Shown one piece after another: positions 44,785 to 58,338 of a DNA stretch of 64,000 bases (positions are counted from its first letter, which is position 1; every line of letters begins with the position of its first letter). The stretch spans positions 26,910,001 through 26,974,000 of the forward strand of contig CM059433.1 in assembly GCA_030390025.1 (NCBI GenBank), read 5' to 3'. The translations under genes and the position numbers were made by a program. The DNA comes from Squalus acanthias. Lineage: Eukaryota. The notes beneath the pieces were generated by a model. That model worked only from the letters and a program-made list of their open reading frames with translations. It did no database searches and was not told the origin of the DNA.

Positions 44785-47700
44785 TACATAGAAACATAGA
44801 AGATAGGAGCAGGAGTAGGCCATTCGGCCCCTCGAGCCTGCTCCGCCATTCAATGCGATCATGGCTGATCATCCAAATTCAGTACCCTGTCCCTGCTTTC
44901 TCCCCATATCCCTTGATCCCCTTAGCCTTAAGAAATATATCTAACACTTTCTTGAATATATTTAATGAATTGGCCTCAACTGCCTTCTGTGGTAGAGAAT
45001 TCCACAGGTTCACCACTCTCTGGGTGAAGAAATTTCTCCTAATCTCAGTCCTAAATGGCTTACCCCTTATCCTTAGACTGTGACCCCTGGTTCTGGACTC
45101 CCCCGCCATTGGGAACAGCCTTCCTGCATCTAGTCTGTCTAGTCCTGTTAGAATTTTATAAGTTTCAATGAGATCCCCTCTCATTCTTCGAAACTCTAGC
45201 GAATATAAGCCTAATCGACCCAATCTCTCTTCATACGTCATTCCTGCCATCCCAGGTATCAGTCTGGTTAATCTTCGCTGCACTCCCTCCATGGCAAGAA
45301 CATCCTTCCTCAGATAAGGCGACCAAAACTGCACACAATACTCAAGGTGTGGTCTCACCAAGGCCCTGTACAACTGCAGCAAGACATCCTTGCTCCTGTA
45401 CTCGAATCCTCTCGCTATGAAGGCCAACATACCATTTGCCTTCTTAACCGCCTGCTGCACCTGCATGCTTACCTTCAGCGACTGGTGCACAAGGACACCC
45501 AGGTCTCGTTGTGCTTCCCCTTTTCCCGATCTGTTGCAGTTCAGATAATAATCTGCCTTCCTGTTTTTGCCACCAAAGTGGATAACCTCGCATTTATCCA
45601 CATTATGCTGCATCTGCCACGCATCTGCCCAATCACCCAACCTGTCCAAATCATACTGGAGTTTCTCTGCATCCTCCTCACAGCACACACGCCCACCCAG
45701 CTTTGTGTCGTCTGCAAACTTGGAGATATTACATCTAGTTCCCTCGTCTAGATCATTAATATATATTGTGAATAACTGGGGTCCGAGCACCGATCCCTGC
45801 GGTACCCCACTAGTCACTGCCTGCCACTCGGAAAAAAAACCGTTTATTCCAAATCTTTGCTTCCTGTCTGCCAACCAGTTTTCTATCCAAGTCAGTACCT
45901 TACCCCCAATCCCATGTGCTTTAACTTTGCACGCTAATCTCTTACGCGGGACCTTATCGAAAGCCTTCTGAAAGTCCAAATACACCACATCCACTGGTTC
46001 TCCCTTATCTATTCTACCAGTTACATCCTCAAAAAATTCCAGTAGATTAGTCAAGCATGATTTACCTTTTGTAAATCCATGTTGACTTTGTCCGATCCTG
46101 TCACTGTTTTCCAAGTGCTCTGCTATTACATCTTTTCTAATGGACTCTAGCATTTTCCCCACTACCGATGTCAGGCTTACCGGTCTATAATTCCCCGTTT
46201 TCTCTCTACCACCTTTTTTAAATAGTGGGGTTACATTAACTATCCTCCAATCCATGGGAACTGTTCCAGAGTCTATAGAATTTTGGAAGATGACCAGCAA
46301 TGCATCTACTATTTCTAGGGTGACTTCCTTAAGTACCCTAGGATGTAGATTATCAAGCCCTGGGGATTTATCAGCCTTAAATGCCGTCAATTTCCCAAAC
46401 ACCATTTCCCTACAAATACTGATTTCATTCAGTTCCTCCCTCTCATTAGACCCTATGTTCCCCGACATCTCTGGGAGTTTATTTGTGTCCTCCTTTGTGA
46501 AGACAGAACCAAAGTATGTATTTAATTGGTCTGCCATTTCTTTGTTCCCCATTATAAATTCCCCTGATTCTGACTGCAAGGGACCTACGCTTGACTTCAC
46601 CAATCTTTTTCTCTTCACATATCTATAGAAGCTTTTACAGTCAGTTTTTATGTTCCCTGAAAGCTTACTCTCATACTCTATTTTCCCCCTCTTAATTAAT
46701 CCCTTTGTCCTCCTTTGCTGAATCCTAAACTGCTCCCAATCATCAGGTTTGCTGCTTTTTCTGGCCAATTTATATGTCCTCTCCTTGGATCTTATGCTAT
46801 CCCTAATTTCCCTTGTTAGCCACGGTTGAGTCACCTTTTTTGTTTTATTTTTATGCCAGACAGGGATGAACAAATTCTGTAGTTCATCCATGCGATCTTT
46901 AAATGTTTGCCATTGCCTATCCGCCGTCAACCCTTTAAGTAACATTCCCCAACCCATCGTAGCCAACTCGCGCCTCATACCATCGTAGTTTCCTTTATTT
47001 AAATTCAGTACCCTAGTCTATGAGTCAACTACTACTTCACTCTCCATCTTAATGAAGAATTCTATCATTTTATGATCACTCCTCCCCAAGGGGCCTCGCA
47101 CAACAAGATTGCTAATTAATCCTTTCTCATTACATAATGCCCAGTCTAAGATGGCCTGATCTCTAGTTGGTTCCTCGACATATTGGTCCAGGAAACCATC
47201 CCGTATACACTCTAGGAATTCCTCTTCCACAGTATTGTTACTAATTTGGTTAGCCCAATCTATATGTAGATTAAAGTCACCCATGATAACTGCTATGCCC
47301 TTATTGCACGCATCTCTAATTTCCCATTTAATGCCATCCCCAACCTCAGCATTACTGTTTGGGGGTCTGTATACAACTCCCATTAACCTTTTCTGCCCCT
47401 TGGTATTTCTCAGCTCTACCCATACAGATTCCACATCATCAGAGCTAATATCCTTCCTTACTATTGTGTTAATCTCTTCTTTAACCAGCAATGCTACCCC
47501 ACCTCCTTTTCCTTTTTGCCTGTCCTTCCTGAATATTGAATACCCCTGGATGTTGAATTCCCAGCCTTGGTCACCCTGGAGCCATGTCTCCGTAATCCCA
47601 ATTATACCATGTCCGTTTACATCTATTTGCGCAGCTAATTCATCCACCTTATTACGAATGCTCCTCACATTAAGACACAAAAAACCCTTCAGGCTTGTTT

Positions 47701-49240
47701 TTTTAACACTCTTAGACCTTTTAGAATTATTGTTTACTGTGGCCATGTTTGATTTACACCCTTGATTTCTCTGACTTCCACTTTTGCTTTTCTCCTTCCT
47801 GTCTTTTGCTTCTATCTTGCTTCCCTTTCCTCTGTCTCCCTGCACAGGTTCCCAACCCCCTGCCATTTTAGTTTAAACCCTCCCCAACAGCACTAGCAAA
47901 CACTCCCCCTAGGACATCGGTCCCGGTCCTGCCCAGGTGCAAACCGTCTAGTTTGTACTGGTCCCACCTCCCCCAGAACCGGTTTCAATGTCCCAGGAAT
48001 TTGAATCCCTCCCCCTTGCACCATTCTTCTAGCCACGTATTCATCTGAAATATCCTTCTATTTCTACTCTGACTAGTACGTGGCACTGGTAGCAATCCTG
48101 AGATTACTACCTTTGAGGTCCTATTTTTTAATTTACCTCCTAACTCCCTATATTCAACTTTTAGGACCTCATCCCGTTTTTTACCTATATTGTTGGTACC
48201 TATATGCACCATGACAACTGACTGTTCACCCTCCCCCTCCAGAATGCCCTGCAGCCGCTCCGAGACATCCTTGACCCTTGCACCAGTGAGGCAACATACT
48301 ATCCTGGAGTCTTGTTTGCGGCCGCAGAAATGCCTATCTATTCCCCTTACAATAGAATTCCCTATCACTATAGCTCTCCTGCTCTTTTTCCTCCCGTCCT
48401 GTGCAGCAGAACCACCCATGGTGCCAGGAAGTTGGTTGCTGCTGCTTCCGCCGATAAGCCATCCTCCTCAACAATATCCAAAGCGGTATGTCTGTTTGAG
48501 AGGGGGATGGCCACAGGGGACCCCTGCAGTACCTGCCTGCGCCTACTACTCTGCCTGGTGGTCACCCATTCCCTTCCTGCCTGTGCAGCCTTTACTTGCG
48601 GTGTGACCAACTCATTAAACGTGATATCCATGACGTCCTCAGCATCGCGAATGGTCCAGTATGTATCCATTCGCAGCTCCAGCGCCGCAATGCAGTTTGC
48701 CAGTAGCTGCAGCTGGATACACTTCCCGCACACATGGTCGTCAGGGACATAGGAAGTGTCCCTGATTTCGCACATAGTGCACAGGAGGAGCATGCCACGG
48801 GGCCGAGCTGTGCTGCCATGACTTACCCTTCAATAATTTAAATTCAATTAAATCAAATCAATACCACAAATTACACTACAATTAAATGATATAGTCAAGG
48901 GCCCTTGTTTACTAGCACTCCCTGCTACACAACAGAGACCTTAGAAACTATAACCACAAAATTAAGACCTTCTAAACTTTATAAACTATTAACCTTAACT
49001 GTCAAACTATAGAGTAGTATAAATACTCACCTGGCTGTACTCACCCAATCAGCTGCTTCCTCTTGCCCGCGTCACTTTTTGAATCGTGACGTGGCTCTGG
49101 AACGCCGCCGCCGGTCTGCGAGATTGGTAAGCCCCTGCAAAAAAAACCTGCGAAAGTGAGCTTAAATACTCACTGTACCGTCGCTCTCTCCACTCCCGAC
49201 ACCGGCCTCCCGACATTACAGCCCTCATGTACTCAGCTAG
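44785..49240 (-). mobile_element. Near full-length CR1/HER1 LINE (5'UTR, disrupted esterase ORF1, ORF2 with few lesions)
   Basis: ORF1 pieces 47985-48819 (CTMC..CGKC, VIGNS, HIGTNN); APE 47018-47866; 699-aa open RT segment 44879-46978; ctatgtttctatg tail. Confidence 0.95.
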
Positions 49241-49905
49241 GAACAATAACAAAGATAATACTTTTAATACTGAAGTTTTCAGCACACTACACTTCCAATT
49301 GGGAATTTGAATAAAGATTTTCAACCAGCTTTTATGTCACAACAATCACTTACTGCTTAATGAAGCTAGAACTGGATTATCCATTCTATTCCCCTTCTAA
49401 GAAGTCAGGGCCCCAGAATCCCTGCGTTGAGGGGGGCCTAAGCCTGATTGTTACTCGGGGCACCAGAAAATGGGCTGGTACTCAGCTTCCTCAGGATTCC
49501 ACCCCATTTGGACTGTATCTTTACTTTCTGGTTGGGTGTGGGGCTGTGGGTGGATCTACAATGTGTATCGGTGGGGGGGAGGTTCCCTGGCTTCAGTGTG
49601 GGGGTATAGGGGATCAAAATCTCCCAATGGGTCTTTCACATGCTCTCAAACAGTCAGAAGCAAGTCCAGGTCTGTCAAAAAAAAGATTGTCACTCCCAGC
49701 TGCAGAAGTCGTTATTGAAACTCTCTGCACTGTTTAGATTCACAAAACTCCTCAATTCTTCTGCCTATCTTCGCTGATCCTGGCAACAGCTGTGTCTTAT
49801 ACCTCTCAGTCTAACTTACCCCTAAGTAACGTGTTGCAAGGATAAACGCTGGAAAAGTGGAGCTGCAGTGTTACCAGCCCTGTGTATAATATTGACAGGC
49901 GAGTT

Positions 49906-50385
49906 ACATAAGAACATAAGAATTAGGGGCAGGAGTAGGCCATACGGCCCCTCGAGCCTGCTCCATCATTCAATAAGATCATGGCTGATCTTCTACCTTA
50001 ACTCCACTTTCCTGCCCTATTCCCATATCCCTTGATTCTTTTATAGAGTCCAAAAATCTATCAATCTCAGCCTTGAATATACTCAACGTCCACAGCACTT
50101 TGGGGCAGAGAATTTCAAAGATTCACAACCCTCTGAGTGAAGAAATTCCTCCCCATCTCAATCTTAAAAGGCCGACCCCTTATCCAGAGACTATGACCCC
50201 TAGCTCAAAACTCTCTAGCCAGGGGAAACAATCTCTCAGCATCTATCCTGTCAAACCCCTTAGAATCTTATATGTTTCAATGAGATCACCTCTCATTCTT
50301 CGAAACTCCAGAGAGTATAGGCCCAATCTACTCAATCTCTCCTCATAGGACAACCTTCTCATCCCAGGAATCAATCTAGTTCCCA
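49906..50385 (-). mobile_element. CR1 3' fragment
   Basis: acataagaacataag tail and tgagatcacctctcattcttcgaaactccagagagta. Confidence 0.85.
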
Positions 50386-51330
50386 GGAAACAATCTAGTT
50401 GCAGGGAGGCCAAGCAGTACGAGGGATTTCGGGGGTGATCGATCTTGAGGCAGAAGACTGTCAGATACGGCTTCCATTTTTGCTGCCAAAAGTAAAAGGT
50501 AAAATGCCCCGATTATAAAACTGGAATTATGCTAGGTTCTTGTTGTTTTAAAATAATTTACTAGCCACAGAGGTGAGTCAAGCATCAAAGTCATTAAGTG
50601 TGTGGAAGAGGAGGAACCAGACAAGAGGCAGACAACAGATATGGGATCAGAGCAGCCTGTAAAATACCATTAAAAAAAGTTGGCTACTCCTGAGGAAAAT
50701 TCTTGCAACTGGCTGGTGAGTTGTGAAGTCCACTCAGGTTATAGGGTAAATGCCTGTGACATGGATCGCTTCATGTTGGAGATATAGAGAAAGTGACAAG
50801 CCTTCGCTGATTAGACTAAGGTCCATACAATGAGATAATGAGTCCTTAATGAGTCTAAGTGAGCAGGCTAACTCTTCAAGCTACTTCAAGAGTGAGCTGG
50901 ACCAGTTCCTGGCTGGGGCAGAGATCGCATCATATAGTGGATTAAAAGATAAGGTAATCATAGTCAATGTGATCTTCTGGACTGGGTTTGATCGCCTGAG
51001 GGCGTCAGAGAGGAATATTCCAGAGTGTTTTGTTTTTCCCCTTATTGGCCCTGGGTTTCTTTGCCTCTTCCAAAGATTACATGGCTACAGAGGGCAGGGG
51101 GGAGCAGGGGTGGGGGTAGGAAGAGTCTAGCCATGATGCTCTGGCCAGGGGCAGGGTTGATGGACTAGCTGGTCCTTTTCTGCCTGCATTGTCTTTTGTT
51201 CGCATGATACTTTTCGAGCACTCAGCTAACCATCACCACTATGTTTTGCAAAATGTCATTCGTACTTGATAAGAATTTACCTTTTTGATTTTTACACATT
51301 TATTAATCTAAATACCCTCTTTTATTGCAG

Positions 51331-51491
51331 GAGTAGTAAATCTCCCCCCTGTTGAAACATTCATCTTGACTGGACTGCTGCTGGTTGTTCTGATAATATC
51401 AGCTGTCCTGTGGCAAACTCTGGTTGCGGACAAAAGGATCAAACCCTACAGCTCGGGCACAACTAACCCTGGCGAACTTCTCTCATTCTGA
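51331..51491 (+). CDS. ZP-domain protein last coding exon (TM helix + cytoplasmic tail)
   Basis: tttattgcag|GA GTA...; VVNLPPVETFILTGLLLVVLIISAVLWQTLVADKRIK...LLSF*. Phase 1 matches the preceding exon. Confidence 0.82.
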
Positions 51492-52564
51492 ACTGGCATC
51501 TTGAACATTGTTTCTCACGAGCGTCATCACCAAAAGATTCTACAATTTGAAGAAAAGTAGAAGATGATCCTGCTCTATTTACTAGTTGTCTGCGATCTGC
51601 ATCTTACGTCTGGTCCAGTGATATCTTAGTCACAACTGACCTCACGATATTAATTTGTTCTAACAGTGATGTGACACAGAGCAGGAAGTGTGACTCCATT
51701 ACCTTTCACATCATTCCAATTCAGCACCATCTCATTCATTATTCAGTATCATTGAACTCATTATTCTATTCAGTATGATCTCACTCATTATTCTATTCAG
51801 TATTATCTCACTCATTATTCTATTCAGTATTATCTCACTCATTATTTTATTTAGTGTCATCGAACATCCTTCTATTTATTGCCATCTCATTTCATCATTA
51901 TCTATTCTCTAGCCTCACCGCTCATACTAAATATCGTACATTTTATTTCCTTTAGTTTTTCTATGGGGCACTCAAAGTTTATAATGAGTTTTTTCTTGTA
52001 AGCAAGTTGTTATAGAACACAGCCAGAGTATTACTGTGCCCACCCCCTGCCCCATTATTGCCCAGTTCCTGGACAGGCAGAGCACCCCAGAGATGGATGT
52101 CCCCCTGTTAAGGCCAATCTCTGCCCCATTTCCTCTCTGTGGTGTCTGGGAATTGAATGTTTCTCAGGTGTTACTGGGAGGAATATTGGGGAGCATACAT
52201 TTATTACTTTTAAGAAGATTAAGCAGAATGGAATGATATACTGTATAAGAGTCTTCGGAGTTAAAGGAGCATGGAAAGTTTATTACGATTAAAGGATACT
52301 TTATAATTACTCCCAATGCTTTGATTTCAAATTATTTGTATGTGCACATGTCTTTAAAGAACCCAAATGAAACAAAACTTGATATTGTATTAATAGAAAT
52401 TGTAAAAATCGCACACTCTAGAAATGTCAACATTTTTCACCTCCAGCTTTATATTTCAGATTAAGTTCACTGATCCCCTCCTCCCAGTGAGGACCTAGTG
52501 TCAAAGGGAGCACAGGGTCCAACTCTCCCCCTTTCCTGCTCTCCCCCCACCCCCCATTTCCACA

Positions 52565-52955
52565 CTGTGGCTCAGTGGATATCACTCTCGCCTCTGAAGT
52601 CCCTCTCCAGAGACACTCCCAGTGCAGTACTGAGGGAGTGCTGCACTGTCAGAGGTGCCGTCCTTCGGGTGAAATGCTAAACCGAGGCTCCATCTGCCCT
52701 CTCAGGTGGATGTAAAAGATCCGATGGCACTATTTCGAAGAAGGGCAGGGGAGATCCCCACAGTGGCCTGGCCAATATTTATCCCCCAACCAGCATCGCT
52801 AAAAGAGATGATCTGGTCATTATCACATTGCTGTTTGTGGGAACTTGCTGTCCGTGTTTTGGTTGCCTGCGTTTCCTACATTACAACAGTGACTACATTA
52901 AAGCGCTTTGGGATGGCCTAAGGTTGTGAAAGGCGCGATATAAATGCAAGTCTTT
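52565..52955 (+). mobile_element. Deu-domain SINE
   Basis: gtggctcagtgg head, gcagtactgagggagtgctgcactg, and the same body and tail as the other copies. Confidence 0.82.
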
Positions 52956-53636
52956 TTCAAAGTCTGTCTTTTTTTCAGCACAACTTCCTACTGGGAACGT
53001 GGGATTTACATTTTGTATTTACCTGGATAGGGCAAACTGCATGGTATTTTAACCTTTAGTTTAATGGTTTTCTTAACAGTCAAAATAATGTTTGATCAGG
53101 CCAAACAATGAAGAGGTTAAAAAAAAATACAGTACATCATATTCAAACAGTGACAATAGAGTAGGAGAAGATCCAGAATGATAATACCAACATCTGATAA
53201 AGACTGACATGATTCTGAAAAAAAATCCCTCTGCAGAAGGAGTACTGGAGAAAATGGTGGGAACAGGACACAAAATCTAACAACTTAGGCTAAAACCCGC
53301 CCATGAGTCTCTTTAATGAGTTAGGAGGTCAGATTTTATTTCAAAGCACAGAGCACGGTTCATGGTCAATGGTGTTTAGAGTCTAGAGTTTCCACATGAC
53401 ACAGCCACTGAAATGAATTTATTCCAAGGTGTCAGATCAGGTCAGTTGCTGTAGAAAAGAACAGGTAGAGAAATCTTTGTCCTATCAAACCGTGCAAGTG
53501 AACACAATCCTTTCAGGTTGCTTTGAAACAGTCAGCCCACAAGGGCAGTTGCCACATAAATCAGAGCTTCCAGGTGGCCAGTAAACAATAGTACATCAAT
53601 GAGTTAGTGCATAACTGGAAAAGCTCCGTCGCATAT

Positions 53637-54105
53637 GAAAGAAAAATCTGCATTTATATCGCACCTTTCATGACCTCAGGACATCCCAAAGCACTTTACA
53701 GCCAATTAAGTACTTTTGAAGTGTAGTCACTGTTGTAATGTAGGAAATGCGGCAGCCAATTTGCACACAGCAAGGTCCCACAAACAGCAATCTGATAATG
53801 ACCAGATAGTCTGTTTTTTTAGTGGTTGAGGCATAAATATTGGCCAGGGCAGCAGGGAGAACCCCACCCCCACCCAGCTCTTCTTTGAATGATGGAATGG
53901 AATCTTTTACATCCACCTAAGAGGGCAGGCAGGGCCTCGGTTTAACACCTCATCGTATAGAAAGCACCTCCAACAGTGCAGCACTCCCTCAGCACTGCAC
54001 TGGGAGTGTTAGCCTTGTTGGTGCTCAAGTCTCTGGAGTGTGGCTTGAACCCACAGCCTTCTGTCTCAGAGGGGCAAGAGTGCTACCCTGAGCCCCGGCT
54101 AACAC
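53637..54105 (-). mobile_element. Full-length Deu-domain SINE
   Basis: Minus-strand tRNA-like head (ggctcagggtag...ggttcaagcc), Deu body, L2-type tail. Confidence 0.85.
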
Positions 54106-54199
54106 TAAAGTTTAATTAAAAAAACGTGAAAGCTTCTGAGAATGGCGAGCCAGTAGACTGTTCTTGAAAGCCCCTCTCAGCTGTATTTTTTGTTCTCGG

Positions 54200-55030
54200 G
54201 ATTTTTTTTGTTGCGACTCTGGCAAGGCCAGGTTTAATGCCAATCCCCAGTTGCCCTGAGAAGCTGGTGGTGGACCGCCTTCTCTTGAACTTTGGCATTT
54301 CTTGTTGTGATTGGTGCTCCCACAATGGTGTTAGGTAAGTAATTCCAGGATTTGTCCCACGAAGATGAAGGAACAGCGCTATACGTCCAAGTCAGGATTT
54401 GTGACTCGTAAGGGGACTTGCAGGTGTTGGTGTTTCCATAAGGTTGCTGCTCTTGTCCTTCTCAGTGGTAAGAGGTCGCAGAACTGGGAGATGCTGGCAA
54501 AGTAAGCTTGGTGAGCTGCAGCAGTGCATCCTGTGCCCAGTACATACTACAGCCACATTATACCTGTTGTGGAGATGATGGGTGTTTACTTCAGTGGAAG
54601 GGAACCAACCAGGCGGACTGGATGGTGCTGTTCTTCTTGATTGTTGGTATGGCTGCACCTATCCAGCCAAGTGGTAAATATTACCATACTCCTGACTTGA
54701 GCCTTGCAGATGGTGGAGAGGCATTGAGAGTCAGGAGGTGAGACACTTGTTGCGGAATACCCAGCCTCTGCCCTACCTTTGTGGCCAAGGTGTTAATAAG
54801 GTTCGTGCATTGAAGCTTCTGGTCAATGGCGACCCCTTAGGATGTTGATCGTGATGGTGGTGCCATTGCATGTCAGGGAGAGGTGGTTGGCCCTTTGTTG
54901 GAGATAGTCATTACCTGGCACTTATGTGGGGTGAATGTTACCCACCACTTCTCAGCTCAAGTCTGGCTGTTGACTAGGTGTTGCTGTAAGCTGGCATGGG
55001 CTGCTTCATTATCCATGGAGCTGAACACAC
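54200..55030 (-). mobile_element. Old LINE 3' fragment, same family as 1-2290 and 62540-64000
   Basis: ggagatagtcattacctggcactt matches position ~123-145, and the tail matches 62.55-62.8 kb. Confidence 0.75.
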
Positions 55031-55609
55031 TCTTCAGGGACACATCCTCCTGTTCCTCACTCAATCCTGCCAGAATAACTCACTCTTCCTGCTACTCCTT
55101 TCTTGCTCTGTTACTTAATCACTCCCCCCCATGGTTACTCACTCAGTTTTCCCTTTCCTCCCTATCTCGACCCTCCAGGTTTACTCTTTCAGGTGCCCCA
55201 ATACTCACACTCGTCCTGTCACTCACTCCTCGAGGGTTACTCACTCCACCTGTTACTTCCCTTACTCCCCAATTACTCATCCTGTTACTCAAAATCCCGC
55301 CAGGGGTTACTCATCTTGTTACTCACAATCTCCCTCAGGGGTTACTCTCTTATTACCCACTTATAGCCCCAGGGATACTCACTCCTCCTGTTACTCACAA
55401 TCTTCCCCGGGGTTTAGTCTCCTATTACCCACTCACAGCCCCAGGGATACTCAGGCACCTGTTTCTTTCCTCACTTCCCCCATTACTGACTCCTCCTGTT
55501 ACTCACAATCCCCCCAGGGGTTACTGTACTTCAATTACTCCCTCAGAGTCTCAGGGATACTCACGCCAACTGTTATTCTCCTCACTCCCTCATTACTGAC
55601 TCCTCCTGT

Positions 55610-57220
55610 TACAATCTCAAGAGGCCAGAATTAGAGGAGCGCAGATATCTCAGAGAGTTGTAGGGATGGAAGAGGTTACAGAGATAGGGAGGGCCAAGGC
55701 CATGGAGGGATTTCAAAAGAAGGATGTGAATTTTAAAATCGAGGCATTGCTTAACCAGGAGACAATGTAGGTCAGTGAGCACAGGAGTGATGGGTGAATG
55801 GGATCTCAAGTTTAGTAGGGTAGAACGTGGGAGGCCAGCCAGGAGTGCTTGGAATAGTCAAGTCTAGAGGTAACAAAGGCATGGATGAGGGTTTCAGCAG
55901 CAGATGAGCTGAGGCAGGGGTGCAGTCAAGCGATGTTCCAGAGATGGAATTTGGCGGTCTTAGCTATGGCGCGGATCAAGGTTGAGCCTCAGACAGTTGG
56001 CAGGGAGAGGGATGGAGTCAGTGGCTAGGGAACAGAGTTTGTGGCAGGGACCAAAGACAATGGGCCAGAAATGAGGCTCCCTGGCTTCCCGCGGGTGCAA
56101 GGATCGCGCGCGCACCTACCTACCGCACCTGCCGTTGACCCCTGGGCCCACGAGGGAATTCGGCTCCTGGGCCTCCTCCAGCTGCCGGCGCGCAGTGCTT
56201 GCGTATCCCAGGGGCGCAGTTAGTGCGATGCGTCCCCTGGGATCACGTGGGCCATGGAGAGCCAATGGCAGCAGGCCATCTTTCATTCATAGATTTGACA
56301 GACCTGTCAAATCTATGAATACAGGTCGGCCCCAAAACATACCTAAAACTACAAATAAATTTTTTTTTAAATCACATTTTTAAAATAACTATAAATTACA
56401 TTAATTAACTATTTTAAACAAAAATTAAAAATTTTCAAAAAATGAATTACACTTTTTAACGGGGTTAAAACTAAACTTACCTTTCTTTAAAGTAATTAAA
56501 AAAGATAAATCTGTGAAAAAAATGTTTACATTTTAATAAAATCAACACTTACCTTGTTAAAAGGCCTTGCGCCTCCTTTTTCAATGTGTATCTTCTCCGT
56601 GCTTACCCTCACGGAGGAACCTGTAAAAAAAAACCGAAGTGCGAGGCGAACGCGCTGGCCTGCCGGCGGGCGCATTCGACCTCTGAACCCCTTCCTTCAG
56701 GGGAACGGAAGTGCCGGTTTCCCGCGCATGCACAGTGCATGCAAGAAACCTGCACTTTCGTTCCGTCCACGGGTGAGTACATAGTGCGTACTCACCCATG
56801 GCGAGCCTAATTTCTGCCCCAATGACTTCGGTCTTCCCAATGTTTAGTTCGAAGAAATTTCTTCTCATCCAGGACTGGATGTCAGACAAGAAGCCTGACA
56901 ATTTAGGGACAGTGGAGAGGTTGAGAGAAGTGGTGAGGTAGGGCTGGGTGTCGTCAGCCTACATGTGGAAAGTGATGTGTTTTCGGATGATGTTGCTGAG
57001 GGGCAGCATGTAGATGAGAAATACGAGGGGGCCAAGGATAGATCCTTGGGGGACACCAGATGTAATGGTGTGGGAGCGGGAAGAGAAGTCAAGTTGAGAA
57101 GGACGAGGATGGATCGTTTACCTTTGTCACTGTCACATAGAATGTTATTTGTGACCTTGATAAGAGCCCCTTCGTTACTGTGGCGGGACAGAAACCTGAT
57201 TGGAGGTGTTCAAACATGGA
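55610..57220 (-). mobile_element. Decayed L2 LINE, split by a MITE
   Basis: HSPITPVLTDLHCL...LLKSLHGLGPPYL; LSDIQSWMRRNFFELNIGKTEVI; FEHLQSGFCP. Confidence 0.85.
56062..56820. mobile_element. MITE (probably Harbinger-derived), 759 bp, AAT TSD
   Basis: TIRs GGGCCAGAAATGAGGCTC / GAGCCTAATTTCTGCCCC (16/18 match), AAT on both sides, AT-rich core. The L2 sequence rejoins across it. Confidence 0.85.
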
Positions 57221-57289
57221 GCCCCAGGGGTTACTCTCTCCTATCACTCCCAGAGCGCCAGGATTACTCACTCAGTCACTCCCTCAGAC

Positions 57290-58338
57290 CTGGCCTGGGC
57301 TCCCCTCAGTCTGGCCGCAGCCCCTCGACCTGGCACCTCCCCAGCTCCCTGGCCCTGCTTCAGCCCCGTCCCCTCTCCCTAGGCCCCCACCACCCCTCTC
57401 CCCGGCCCTGCCCATCCCCTGGACCCTCACCCCTGCCTGGCCTTGCCCCCTTCTCCCTGGCCACGCCCCTCTTCCTCACACTGGTGTGGCCCCATGACCC
57501 CGCCCCTGCCCCTCCCCTCTTCCTGGCCCCACCCTTCCCCCTGGCCCCGCCCCTCTCCCCATGCCCCTCCTCTCCCCTGGCCTTGCCCATGGCCCCACCC
57601 TGGCCCCATCCCCACTCTCCCTGACCCTCTCCCTTTCCCTGGCCCCTCCCCTCTCCCCTGACCCCTCCCCCCCCTCCCCTCTCCCTCCCCTCCCTCTCCA
57701 CCCTCCCTCCCCCCCCCCTTCCCCCTGGGCCCTCCCCCACTCCCCTCCGTCCCTCTCCTCTCCCCAGCCCCGCCCCTCTCCACTGCCCCCTCCCCCACCC
57801 TTCCCCTGGGCCCTCCCCTCCCCCTTCCCTCTCCTCTCCTTCCCTCCCTCTCTCTCCCCACTGACACCTCCCTAGCCCCACCCTTCCCCCTGGGCCTCCC
57901 CCACTCCCGGCTCCGTCCCTCTCCTCTCCCCGCCCCGTCCCTCCCTCTCCTCTCGCCCCGTCCCTCTCCTCTCCCCGCCCCTCCCCAGACACCTCCCTGG
58001 CCCCGCCCCTCGCCGCTCCTCTCTCTGGCCCCTCCTCTCCCCTGGCCCCTCCCCTCTGCCTAGACACGTCCCTGGCCCCGCCCCTCTCCCAATGCCCCTC
58101 CCCTCTCCCCTGGCCCATCCTCTTCCCCTGCCCACTCCCCTCTCCTCCGGCCCCTCCCCTCCCCTCTCCCCCTCTCTCTACCCTGGCCCTGGCCCCGCCC
58201 CTCTCCCCATGCCTCTACCTGGCCCCGCCCCTCTCCCTGGCCCCGCCCCGCTCCCTTCTCCCCTGGCCCCGCCCCTCTCCCCATGCCCCTCCCCTCAATG
58301 CTGACCCCGCCCCTCTCTCCTGACCCCTCCCCTCTCCA
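57290..58338. repeat. C/T-rich low-complexity tract with reiterated GC boxes (ggccccgccc)
   Basis: Near-pure pyrimidine + strand with repeated cctggccccgcccctctccc. Confidence 0.9.

Noticed and set aside
4988..51491. Naming the ZP gene TECTB, ZPLD1 or UMOD
   Set aside because: The architecture is similar, but I do not recognise the sequence as any of these, so the symbol is left empty.
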